From positions 31,563 through 95,562 of the forward strand of contig LBWX01000001.1 of the NCBI GenBank assembly GCA_000995065.1: a DNA stretch of 64,000 bases, read 5' to 3'. The notes under the pieces are model-generated. The model worked only from the letters and a program-made list of their open reading frames with translations, was not told the origin of the DNA and ran no database searches. Both the position numbers and the translations under genes were made by a program. Source of the stretch: a candidate division CPR2 bacterium GW2011_GWC2_39_35 (GTDB taxonomy: Bacteria; Patescibacteriota; CPR2). Positions within the stretch are counted from its first letter, which is position 1, and the number at the start of each line of letters is the position of its first letter. Of the stretch, positions 36,134 to 45,564 are shown piece by piece.

Positions 36134-37127
36134 ACCTCTTGGATTAAGAAGCGTATTAACGGCAGTAATAGGCAACGGTTTAGTGGCCATTTTTAAGTTT
36201 GCTGGGTTTTATGTGTCCGGATCGGCCGTGATGCTGTCCGAGGGAATTCATTCAATAGCAGATACAGCAAACCAAGCACTCCTTCTTATTGGGATTATAA
36301 GATCAGAGCGACCAGCGGATGATAAATTTAACTACGGCTATTTTCAAGAACGTTTTTTCTGGGCTCTTATTAGTGCCTGCGGCATATTTTTTCTTGGTGC
36401 CGGCTTTACAATCTATCACGGTATTAGTTCGATTAGTCATCACGAGGTGGCTCATATTGGAAACACTCTTTACTATGTGCTTTTCCTGTCATTTATTTTC
36501 GAAGGATATGCTCTAAGAACTGCGATAAAGGAAGCTAAACATAATGCAAAAGGCGCTAAAATCTTTAATTATATGAGGAGGTCTGGCGATCCCACTATTA
36601 TGGCTGTTATATTTGAGGATTCAGCTGCTTTAGTTGGTATATCAATTGCATTTATATCTATTATTTTAACCAAGCTTACAGGAATTAATTACTGGGATGG
36701 TATCGGATCGATTATGATAGGAATCCTTTTGGGAGTAATTGCTATTGCCCTAATTAAAAATAATCGTGAGTTTCTTCTTAATAGATCGGTTCCCAAGCAT
36801 GTTCATAAAAAAATCTTACATTTTTTAGAGAGGCAAAAATTAGTTGATGAAATACATGACTTTAAAACCGTAATGATATCTTCGGACGGATGTCGGGTAA
36901 AAGCGGAGATCGAGATAAATGGCCATGTCCTTGCTGATAAGATTTTCGAAAGCCGAGATTTTAAGAAGGAATATGAACATATTAAAAGTTACGAGAGCTT
37001 TGTCAAATTTTGTGCTGATTTTAGTGACGAAGTTACAAGGACACTGGGCAAGGAAATTGATACGCTGGAAAAGGCTATAGCAGAGGAAATTCCGACTGTT
37101 AAACATATCGATATCGAAACCAACTAG
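36120..37127 (+). CDS. Cation diffusion facilitator (CDF) family transporter
   Basis: SGS..MLSE.IHS.ADT.NQ, FEDSAAL.G, WDG.GS; 6 TM helices plus C-terminal domain. Confidence 0.92.
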   Translation: MKTNRPLGLRSVLTAVIGNGLVAIFKFAGFYVSGSAVMLSEGIHSIADTANQALLLIGIIRSERPADDKFNYGYFQERFFWALISACGIFFLGAGFTIYHGISSISHHEVAHIGNTLYYVLFLSFIFEGYALRTAIKEAKHNAKGAKIFNYMRRSGDPTIMAVIFEDSAALVGISIAFISIILTKLTGINYWDGIGSIMIGILLGVIAIALIKNNREFLLNRSVPKHVHKKILHFLERQKLVDEIHDFKTVMISSDGCRVKAEIEINGHVLADKIFESRDFKKEYEHIKSYESFVKFCADFSDEVTRTLGKEIDTLEKAIAEEIPTVKHIDIETN

Positions 37128-37135
37128 AAACCTTA

Positions 37136-37319
37136 GAGCCTGTTTAAAATCTCAACGCAAGAGATAAATATAAAATATTGCTTGCCGTTTAAAAACTCAT
37201 AATTTCGGCTGCAAAACGTTCAAAGCTCGTCATAATACATCAAGTATTCTTTCTCGCTTTTCACGCTTTTCGCTCGAAATTATGAGTTTTTAAATCGACA
37301 TGAGATTTTAAACAGGTTC
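37136..37319. mobile_element. MITE-like non-autonomous element (IS5-type ends)
   Basis: Terminal inverted repeats GAGCCTGTTTAAAATCTCA / TGAGATTTTAAACAGGTTC (1 mismatch); TTA on both flanks; internal 20-bp inverted repeat TTTAAAAACTCATAATTTCG. Confidence 0.75.
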
Positions 37320-37440
37320 TTAAAAAAGCAACCGAAAAAATAAACAAAGTGGTTGATTTTTAAGTTAAGTGTAGGTATACTACTTACGGTTAAAGGCAGA
37401 TATACCACCTTGCCAAGATGGTATTTTTAAATTCTAAAAG

Positions 37441-37656
37441 ATGAAAAAAGAAAAGAGCAATAATTTAATAGTTGCTTTCCAGCTATTTGAAATCGGATAT
37501 AGAATTAGCATTCCTTTAGTTGTTCTAATACTGGTTGGTAATGTTATGGATAAAAGATTTGGCACAAAGCCACTTTTTATCCTCTTGGGAATTTTTGTTT
37601 CCTTATTTACTTCTAGTTATGCCATTTATAAATCAATTAAAAAGATTACGAAATAG
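37441..37656 (+). CDS. AtpZ/AtpI-family small membrane protein
   Basis: G...D..FGT.PLF.L.G; first gene of the atp operon. Confidence 0.85.
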   Translation: MKKEKSNNLIVAFQLFEIGYRISIPLVVLILVGNVMDKRFGTKPLFILLGIFVSLFTSSYAIYKSIKKITK

Positions 37657-37665
37657 GAGAGGTAG

Positions 37666-38412
37666 ATGCATATTTCTATCGCAGCAGAAGAAATATTTAA
37701 GATCGGCCCCGTTCAAGTTACCAATAGTATGCTTGCGGCGGCTATTACGTTTGTCATGCTCGGCTCCGTTTCTTATTTGGCTACAAGAAATTTAAAAAGC
37801 GTTCCAACCGGCCTTCAGAATGTTTGCGAAGCCATGGTTGAGGCTTTATACAATCTTACTCATAGTATTTCAAGAGATAAAAAGCTTACAGATAAAATTT
37901 TTCCACTGATAGCAACCTTTTTTATCTTTATTCTTTTTAATAATTGGTTGGGGCTTCTGCCGGGTTTTGGTACTATTGGATTCCACGAAATAAATGGCGA
38001 AGGACATGAGGTTTTTCTTCCCATGCTAAGGGCCGGCACTGCTGATCTAAATACCACTGTCGCTTTAGGACTTATTTCGGTAATAGCGATTCAGGTGATT
38101 GGAATTGGCGCATTGGGAGTTGCAAAATATTCCAAAAAGTTTATCAATTTTTCTTCCCCGGTCAATTTTTTTGTAGGTTTGCTAGAACTCATTTCCGAGG
38201 TTATTAAAATTATTTCGTTTGCGTTCAGGCTTTTTGGCAACGTTTTTGCCGGAGAAGTTTTGCTTACTGTGATGTCCGTTTTAGTTCCATATTTAATTCC
38301 GATGCCTTTTTATATAATGGAAGTTTTTGTTGGCTTTATTCAGGCATTGGTATTTACCATGTTGTCGTTGGTATTTATTAAGATGGCAACAATGAGTCAT
38401 GATAGTCATTAA
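37666..38412 (+). CDS. atpB: ATP synthase subunit a
   Basis: NWLGLLPG, TADLNTT, SFAFRLFGNVFAGE, IQALVF. Confidence 0.97.
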   Translation: MHISIAAEEIFKIGPVQVTNSMLAAAITFVMLGSVSYLATRNLKSVPTGLQNVCEAMVEALYNLTHSISRDKKLTDKIFPLIATFFIFILFNNWLGLLPGFGTIGFHEINGEGHEVFLPMLRAGTADLNTTVALGLISVIAIQVIGIGALGVAKYSKKFINFSSPVNFFVGLLELISEVIKIISFAFRLFGNVFAGEVLLTVMSVLVPYLIPMPFYIMEVFVGFIQALVFTMLSLVFIKMATMSHDSH

Positions 38413-38471
38413 ATCAAATATTAGTAATTCACCCGAAGGGTGAAAAGCGCCCTCCCATGCGGGTCGTATGA

Positions 38472-38720
<249 letters not shown>

Positions 38721-38731
38721 AGAGGATATTT

Positions 38732-39235
38732 ATGGAGATATTACATAGTATCGGGATCGAGCCAAAACTTCTAGTGGCTCAAGCAATAAACTTTGGGCTG
38801 CTACTTTTTGTGCTCTATAAATTTTTGTACAATCCGATATTAAAATTGCTTAATGAACGTACAAAAAAGATCGAAAAGAGCTTAAAAGATGCTGAGGAAG
38901 TTGAGAAAAAGCTAGAAGAGACTGAAATAGAAAAAGGTAAAGTCATTACAAGTGCCAAGACAGAAGCTTCGGCGATGGTTAAAGAAGCCAAAATAGCCGG
39001 AGAAGAAGTGAAGGTTGGCATTATTAAAGAAGCCGAAGCAAAATCTAAGGAACTTCTTAAAAATGCAAAAGAGGATATCGAAAAAGAAAAAGAACTGGTC
39101 TTAAAAGAAGTAAAGAACGAAGTTGCGGAGCTTGTTTCTAGGGCCATGAGAACCATCGTAGATAAAGATGGTGAAAAATACGATGAAAAACTTATAAAAG
39201 AAGCAATTTCTGAAGTCGCAAAGGCGAGGGGATAA
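38732..39235 (+). CDS. atpF: ATP synthase subunit b
   Basis: Q.INF TM helix, PI...L.ER, coiled coil. Confidence 0.95.
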   Translation: MEILHSIGIEPKLLVAQAINFGLLLFVLYKFLYNPILKLLNERTKKIEKSLKDAEEVEKKLEETEIEKGKVITSAKTEASAMVKEAKIAGEEVKVGIIKEAEAKSKELLKNAKEDIEKEKELVLKEVKNEVAELVSRAMRTIVDKDGEKYDEKLIKEAISEVAKARG

Positions 39236-39238
39236 ATT

Positions 39239-39625
39239 ATGCTGGGCGTATCCGACATTGCAAAGATTCTTTCCTCGGTTACTGTAAGTAAAGATAAGGA
39301 CGGTTTAGAAAGAATTGCAAAAAAAATTGTCGCCATTTATCCGGAAAAGGTACCGGCTATTATTAAGGCGCTTCAGAGGATTAAAGAATTTGATGATTCG
39401 GAAGTCACGATAACAACCGCAAAAGAACTAAATGATAATGAAAAACACAGATTAAAAAAAGAGGTTTCTTCTCAGTTTGATTACCCTTTAAATTTTAATT
39501 TTAGGGTCTCAAGAAGGATTGGGGCTGGCGTAATTATTAAAAAAGGCGAGCTAGTTATTGATAACAGCGCCGAAAATCGAATAAAAGAAGTAACAAATAT
39601 TATAAGGACAGCAAATATTAGTTAG
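39239..39625 (+). CDS. atpH: ATP synthase subunit delta (shortened)
   Basis: V.ITTA.EL...GAGVII..G..VID.S; between atpF and atpA. Confidence 0.85.
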   Translation: MLGVSDIAKILSSVTVSKDKDGLERIAKKIVAIYPEKVPAIIKALQRIKEFDDSEVTITTAKELNDNEKHRLKKEVSSQFDYPLNFNFRVSRRIGAGVIIKKGELVIDNSAENRIKEVTNIIRTANIS

Positions 39626-39634
39626 GGAGCCAAA

Positions 39635-41137
39635 ATGTTAAACAGTAAGGAATATTTAATACAAAAGCTGACAGAGGAACTTGAGGGCTTTAAACCATCG
39701 CCAAGCGTATATAAGACCGGTAAAGTTGTATCCGTAGGTGATGGAATAGTTAAGGCAGTCGGCCTTAGCGATGTAATGTCATTTGAAATGGTTGAATTTC
39801 ATGATGGTATATACGGAATCGCACTGAACCTAGAAGAAGATGCTGTGGGCATTGTGGTTATGGGCGATGTAGATGCGATTAATGAAGGAGACGAAGTTAA
39901 ATGTACCGGTAGAGTATTAGAAGTTCCTGTGTCAGATAGTTTGCTTGGCCGCGTGGTTGATCCTCTTGGAAACCCTATTGATGGCAAAGGAGAGCTTAAG
40001 GCTAATAAATTTTATCCCGTCGAGAAAGTGGCGCCTGGCGTTATTAGCCGAAAATCGGTCACCCAGCCACTTCAGACCGGAATAAAGGCTATTGATTCTG
40101 TTATTCCAATCGGTCGAGGTCAAAGAGAGCTTATTATTGGCGATAGACAGACAGGCAAAACCGCAATCGCAATTGATACGATTATCAATCAAAAAAATGA
40201 GGATGTAATCTCGGTATATGTTGCCATAGGCCAAAAAAGGTCTAAGGTTGCCAGAATTGTTGCTGAACTCGAAAAGCATGGCGCCATGAAAAATACGATT
40301 GTGGTAATGGCGGGTGCTTCTGATCCGGCTCCATATCTATTTTTAGCGCCCTATACCGGTGTTTCTATCGCCGAGTATTTTATGGATAAAGGTCAGGACG
40401 TATTAATTGTGTATGATGATCTTTCTAAGCACGCTTGGTCTTATAGACAAGTCTCTTTGCTCTTAAGAAGACCTCCCGGACGAGAAGCCTATCCCGGTGA
40501 TGTTTTCTATCTTCATTCCAGACTCCTGGAAAGAGCTTGTCGAAGAGATCAGAAATATGGCGGCGGCTCTATTACGGCGCTTCCTATCATCGAAACTCAA
40601 GCTGGCGACATTTCGGCTTACATTCCAACAAACGTGATCTCTATTACAGACGGGCAAATTTTCTTGGAAACGGACCTTTTTTATCAAGGTATCAGGCCGG
40701 CTTTAAACGTTGGTTTATCAGTTTCCAGGGTTGGTTCAGCCGCTCAAATTAAGTCAATGAAAAAAGTAGCTGGAAAATTACGTCTTGAACTCGCTCAGTT
40801 TAGGGAGCTTCAGTCGTTTGCACAATTTGCATCAGACTTAGATGAAGATACAAGAAAACAGATCGAAAGAGGTAAAAGACTAGTTGAGGTCTTAAAGCAA
40901 GACCAGTATAAGCCTTTAGCAGTAGAAAAACAGGTTGCTATTATTTACGCGGCAACAAATGGCTACTTAGATGACATCGAAGTCGAAAAAGTCAAAGAAT
41001 TTGAAACTGCTTTGGATGATTATATGGACACCAGAGGCAAAAACTTTGCTAGTAATTTAAAGAAAGAAGCTAATCTTACGGAAGTAATCGAAAAAGAGCT
41101 TAAAGAAGTAATCGCGAAGGTTAAAGGAGAGTTTTAG
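39635..41137 (+). CDS. atpA: ATP synthase subunit alpha
   Basis: [31 protein letters not shown]. Confidence 0.99.
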   Translation: MLNSKEYLIQKLTEELEGFKPSPSVYKTGKVVSVGDGIVKAVGLSDVMSFEMVEFHDGIYGIALNLEEDAVGIVVMGDVDAINEGDEVKCTGRVLEVPVSDSLLGRVVDPLGNPIDGKGELKANKFYPVEKVAPGVISRKSVTQPLQTGIKAIDSVIPIGRGQRELIIGDRQTGKTAIAIDTIINQKNEDVISVYVAIGQKRSKVARIVAELEKHGAMKNTIVVMAGASDPAPYLFLAPYTGVSIAEYFMDKGQDVLIVYDDLSKHAWSYRQVSLLLRRPPGREAYPGDVFYLHSRLLERACRRDQKYGGGSITALPIIETQAGDISAYIPTNVISITDGQIFLETDLFYQGIRPALNVGLSVSRVGSAAQIKSMKKVAGKLRLELAQFRELQSFAQFASDLDEDTRKQIERGKRLVEVLKQDQYKPLAVEKQVAIIYAATNGYLDDIEVEKVKEFETALDDYMDTRGKNFASNLKKEANLTEVIEKELKEVIAKVKGEF

Positions 41138-41991
41138 TGGCATCCGCAAAGGAAGTTAGAAGAAGAATAAAATCAGCGACAAATACCAAGCAGATTATAA
41201 AAGCGATGGAGCTTACCTCTGTTATCAAGATGCAAAAAGCGGTCGCCAAAAACCTTGCTTCAAGATCTTATGCCAGATCAGCAAATGAAATTTTGCACTC
41301 TCTCCTGGGAGACATTAATCCGGCAGAACACCCTTTTCTAGAGACTAGGGGCCACGATAAAAAATTAATTCTTCTTATTACGTCCGACAGAGGGCTTTGC
41401 GGCGGCTTAAATGCCAAGGCTATTAAGAAGGCCTTGGATGCTGCAAAGCACGCAAAAGAAGCGGAATTCGTGACAATCGGCAGAAAGGGTAGGGACTTCC
41501 TAAAAGCATACGGATATAAGATTGTGGCAGAATTTACGAAATTAGAAGACCGGCCATCCTTTAAAGATATCTTACCGATTATCGAAGTTGCAACCGGGGA
41601 CTTTTTGTCAGGTAAATATGATGAGGTGGTTTTAGTTTATACTGACTTTAAGTCGACCTTAACTCAAGAACCAATCTCTAAAAAGCTTCTGCCTTTTCAA
41701 AATTCGGTTGAGAAAACCAACCATCAGCAGGACAAAATAACTTTTGAGCCTCAAAAAGCCGAAATTTTAAACAGTTTAATACCAAGAATCTTAGAGATAA
41801 AGGTTTGGCAGGCTCTTCTAGAGTCTATTGCTTCCGAACATTCCGCTAGGATGGTAGCCATGAAAAATGCAAACGAGAGTGCCGAAGAGTTAATATCAGA
41901 CTTAACGCTCACCTATAATCAGACAAGACAAGCGGGAATTACTCAAGAGATAGCCGAGATTTCCGCCGGCAAAATGACGCTGGAAGGATAA
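41137..41991 (+). CDS. atpG: ATP synthase subunit gamma
   Basis: ITSDRGLCG, SEHSARMVAM, RQAGITQEIAEI. Confidence 0.98.
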   Translation: MASAKEVRRRIKSATNTKQIIKAMELTSVIKMQKAVAKNLASRSYARSANEILHSLLGDINPAEHPFLETRGHDKKLILLITSDRGLCGGLNAKAIKKALDAAKHAKEAEFVTIGRKGRDFLKAYGYKIVAEFTKLEDRPSFKDILPIIEVATGDFLSGKYDEVVLVYTDFKSTLTQEPISKKLLPFQNSVEKTNHQQDKITFEPQKAEILNSLIPRILEIKVWQALLESIASEHSARMVAMKNANESAEELISDLTLTYNQTRQAGITQEIAEISAGKMTLEG

Positions 41992-41993
41992 AA

Positions 41994-42109
41994 CAAATGT
42001 CGAATGCCAAAGCTCAAATTTCAAATCAAATCCTAATATCAAATGCTTTAATTTTGACATTAGGTCATTTGTCATTCATTTGAAATTTGGATTTGACATT
42101 TAGATTTGG
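41994..42109. repeat. Heptamer-periodic inverted repeat in the atpG-atpD spacer
   Basis: CAAATGT CGAATGC CAAAGCT CAAATTT CAAAT ... ATTTG AAATTTG GATTTG ACATTTA GATTTGG. Confidence 0.75.
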
Positions 42110-42138
42110 AAACCCCGAAAAATGGGTAAATATATTAA

Positions 42139-43515
<1,377 letters not shown>

Positions 43516-43545
43516 GATAGGAATAAGGAAAATAGGAAGCAATAA

Positions 43546-43980
43546 ATGCAAAAATTACATCTTAAGATAACAACTCCAGAAAGAGTTCTTGTGGATGAAG
43601 AAGCAAGAGAAGTCATTGTGCCGACAAAATCCGGCCAGATTTCGATTTTGCCAAGCCATACCGCTCTAGTTGCCGAAATTACGCCCGGCGAGATGTTGAT
43701 CCGCAACGAAAAGGAAGAAAAGGTTGCTTTGGTTTACGGCGGCTTTGTCGAAGTGCAGGAAGGCAGTAAGGTAATTATCTTAGCAGACAGCGCCGAGCAT
43801 CTGCATGAGTTAAGCGAGAAAGAGGCGGAAGAAGCCAGGAATCGAGCCGAAACGTTGATGCAAGAAGTAAGGGACGACAAGGAAAGATTCGCCGATGCTG
43901 AAGCCGAACTTGCCAGAAGTCTCATTCAGTTAAAATTGCTTAAAAAACATCATTCGCATAGACACACGAAACTTAACTAA
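43546..43980 (+). CDS. atpC: ATP synthase subunit epsilon
   Basis: ITTPER, G.ISILP.H, GGFVEV, LADSAE. Confidence 0.96.
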   Translation: MQKLHLKITTPERVLVDEEAREVIVPTKSGQISILPSHTALVAEITPGEMLIRNEKEEKVALVYGGFVEVQEGSKVIILADSAEHLHELSEKEAEEARNRAETLMQEVRDDKERFADAEAELARSLIQLKLLKKHHSHRHTKLN

Positions 43981-43983
43981 ACT

Positions 43984-44005
43984 AAGCCGCTCGAAAGAGC
44001 GGTTT
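43984..44005 (+). terminator. atp operon terminator
   Basis: AAGCCGCTC-GAAA-GAGCGGTTTT. Confidence 0.85.
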
Positions 44006-44062
44006 TGGTTTTACTATTGATTTTATATGGTTGCTTGTTAGATAATTAATCTAGGAGATGTT

Positions 44063-44347
44063 ATGGCTTTTAGAGAAATCTGTGAGGAACTTGCAGAGCT
44101 TTATGACAAAAAAAACCAGGATTATGCCGAAAAAGGCGATACTTATAAAAATTTTAGGGAAAATGCCGAGCTTTGGGATACCGAGATTTGGCAAGAGCCT
44201 CTAAGAAGACTTACGGAAAAAGTGGTAAGGCTTACGAATCTTATCAAGTCCGAAAAAGAGCCGAATTTCGAAAGTATTGATGATTCTATAAAAGACATTG
44301 CGGTTCTTGCGATCATTGCCATGGACATGAGACGGGGTAATAAGTAG
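44063..44347 (+). CDS. Nucleotide-modification-associated domain 1 (Nmad1/DUF1599)-like alpha-helical protein
   Basis: L...KN.DY, R..EK..RL, ESIDDS..D.A...I pattern. Confidence 0.7.
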   Translation: MAFREICEELAELYDKKNQDYAEKGDTYKNFRENAELWDTEIWQEPLRRLTEKVVRLTNLIKSEKEPNFESIDDSIKDIAVLAIIAMDMRRGNK

Positions 44348-44356
44348 AATAAGGCT

Positions 44357-44779
44357 ATGAGCAAACGTCGATCAAAAAAGAAAAAAATAGTCCTTTTCTC
44401 CCTTACAGTAGTAGCTATTGGATACATCTACTTTGCTTCTACCTCTAGCACTTCTAAATCTGATATCGATCCAATGGGAGCAAAGCTTAGTATCAAAAAC
44501 TTGAAATCTGAGGAAATTGGACCAGAAGACATTAAGCCGGAGCTAGAGCTAGGCGCGCAAAGCGAAATCCTACCATTTAAAATGACTTTTAAGGAACCAA
44601 AGGGTTACGAAGTCAAAACAATCAGTATGAAAATTCTTGCCGGCAACAAGATACAATTAACTCCGGTTGCCAAGAGATGTCTGTTTTGCAAGGCAAAGAA
44701 ATATACGGTTGAAGGTGAAATTTCCAATTTAGTAGCCGGCGAGTGGGATATTGTGACTAATTATGGGGGCGGGCTATAA
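44357..44779 (+). CDS. Hypothetical membrane-anchored protein
   Basis: Basic N-terminus, one TM helix, beta-rich domain with CLFC. Confidence 0.65.
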   Translation: MSKRRSKKKKIVLFSLTVVAIGYIYFASTSSTSKSDIDPMGAKLSIKNLKSEEIGPEDIKPELELGAQSEILPFKMTFKEPKGYEVKTISMKILAGNKIQLTPVAKRCLFCKAKKYTVEGEISNLVAGEWDIVTNYGGGL

Positions 44780-45054
44780 AGATTAAAAAATTTTAAAAAG
44801 GGTTAATTATGAAAAGGTGGCTATCTTACTTAACAATTGGCATAACTATCTTAATTAACTCCTTTATTTATCTAATTTAGACTGATTGGTTTTGGTTAGT
44901 GTAATGACAATTGTTTTATTGGTTTTATTGTTAAAAAACAAAAACAGTTAATTTTGGTTAGAATTTATAGTATAATGGTGGTGTAAAACAATTAGTTAAA
45001 AGCGTTTGAGTCCGGCCATCACCGGACGAGCTGCCGGAAGAAAAGTTTATATCT

Positions 45055-45124
45055 CGTCATTTAAGAATTAATTTCAGAATCTCCCCAATGCAAGATGGGA
45101 TTCTGAAACAAGTTCAGAATGACG
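45055..45124. repeat. REP-like palindrome, family A, inside T-box Stem II
   Basis: CGTCAT...TTTCAGAATC / GATTCTGAAACAAGTTCAGAATGACG; similar to 4744-4815. Confidence 0.85.
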
Positions 45125-45194
45125 GCATAAGCTTAGTAGAACCGGACGGGAAAGCCCGTAACTGCTTATGAATTAAGAGCAGTGACTTAAAATA

Positions 45195-45295
45195 GTCATT
45201 GCGAGCCCTTAGGGCGCGGCAATCTCGTCTTTAAAATCAATGAGATTGCGTAGCCTGTCCTGAATTTATTTCAGGATCCCACTCCTCGCAATGAC
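45195..45295. repeat. REP-like palindrome, family B, inside T-box Stem III, with a nested family A fragment
   Basis: GTCATTGCGAG...GCAATCTC / GAGATTGC...CTCGCAATGAC; internal GTCCTGAATTTATTTCAGGATC. Confidence 0.85.
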
Positions 45296-45402
45296 AAAGT
45301 CCTGAATTAAGGTGGTACCGCCTATAACTGATTATCAGTGATCTATAGGGTCCTTAAACATAGTTTGAGGATTTTTTCTTTTTAGGAGGCTTTAATGATT
45401 GG

Positions 45403-45513
45403 ATCAAAGATTAAAGATCAAGAATCAAAAATAAAATATAGTAACAAGAGATATAAAAGGTACCTATGCCTTCAATTTGCATTTTGATTTTTGAGTTTTG
45501 GCCTTTGAGCTAT
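45403..45513. repeat. Heptamer-periodic inverted repeat between the T-box and ileS
   Basis: ATCAAAG ATTAAAG ATCAAGA ATCAAAA ... TTTTGAT TTTTGAG TTTTGGC CTTTGAG. Confidence 0.7.
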
Positions 45514-45564
45514 TTCACTTTAAGTCGATTTAATAATACTAATAACTAACTACGTCAAAAGTAT

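Larger units (their letters stand above)
45001..45382 (+). promoter_or_regulatory. Ile T-box riboswitch (ultrashort Stem I) with intrinsic terminator
   Basis: TCCGG-CC-ATC-A-CCGGA (specifier AUC at 45018-45020); Stem II CCGGAAGAA...AGTAGAACCGG; IIA/B ACGGGAAAGCCCGT; T-box AATTAAGGTGGTACCGCC at 45305-45322; terminator TCCTTAAAC..GTTTGAGGA plus T-run; upstream of ileS. Confidence 0.92.

Noticed and set aside
44809-44951. Small hydrophobic ORF fragments (MKRWLSYLTIG..., MTIVLLVLLLKNKNS)
   Set aside because: Interrupted by stops; cannot be told apart from AT-rich noise or a decayed membrane gene
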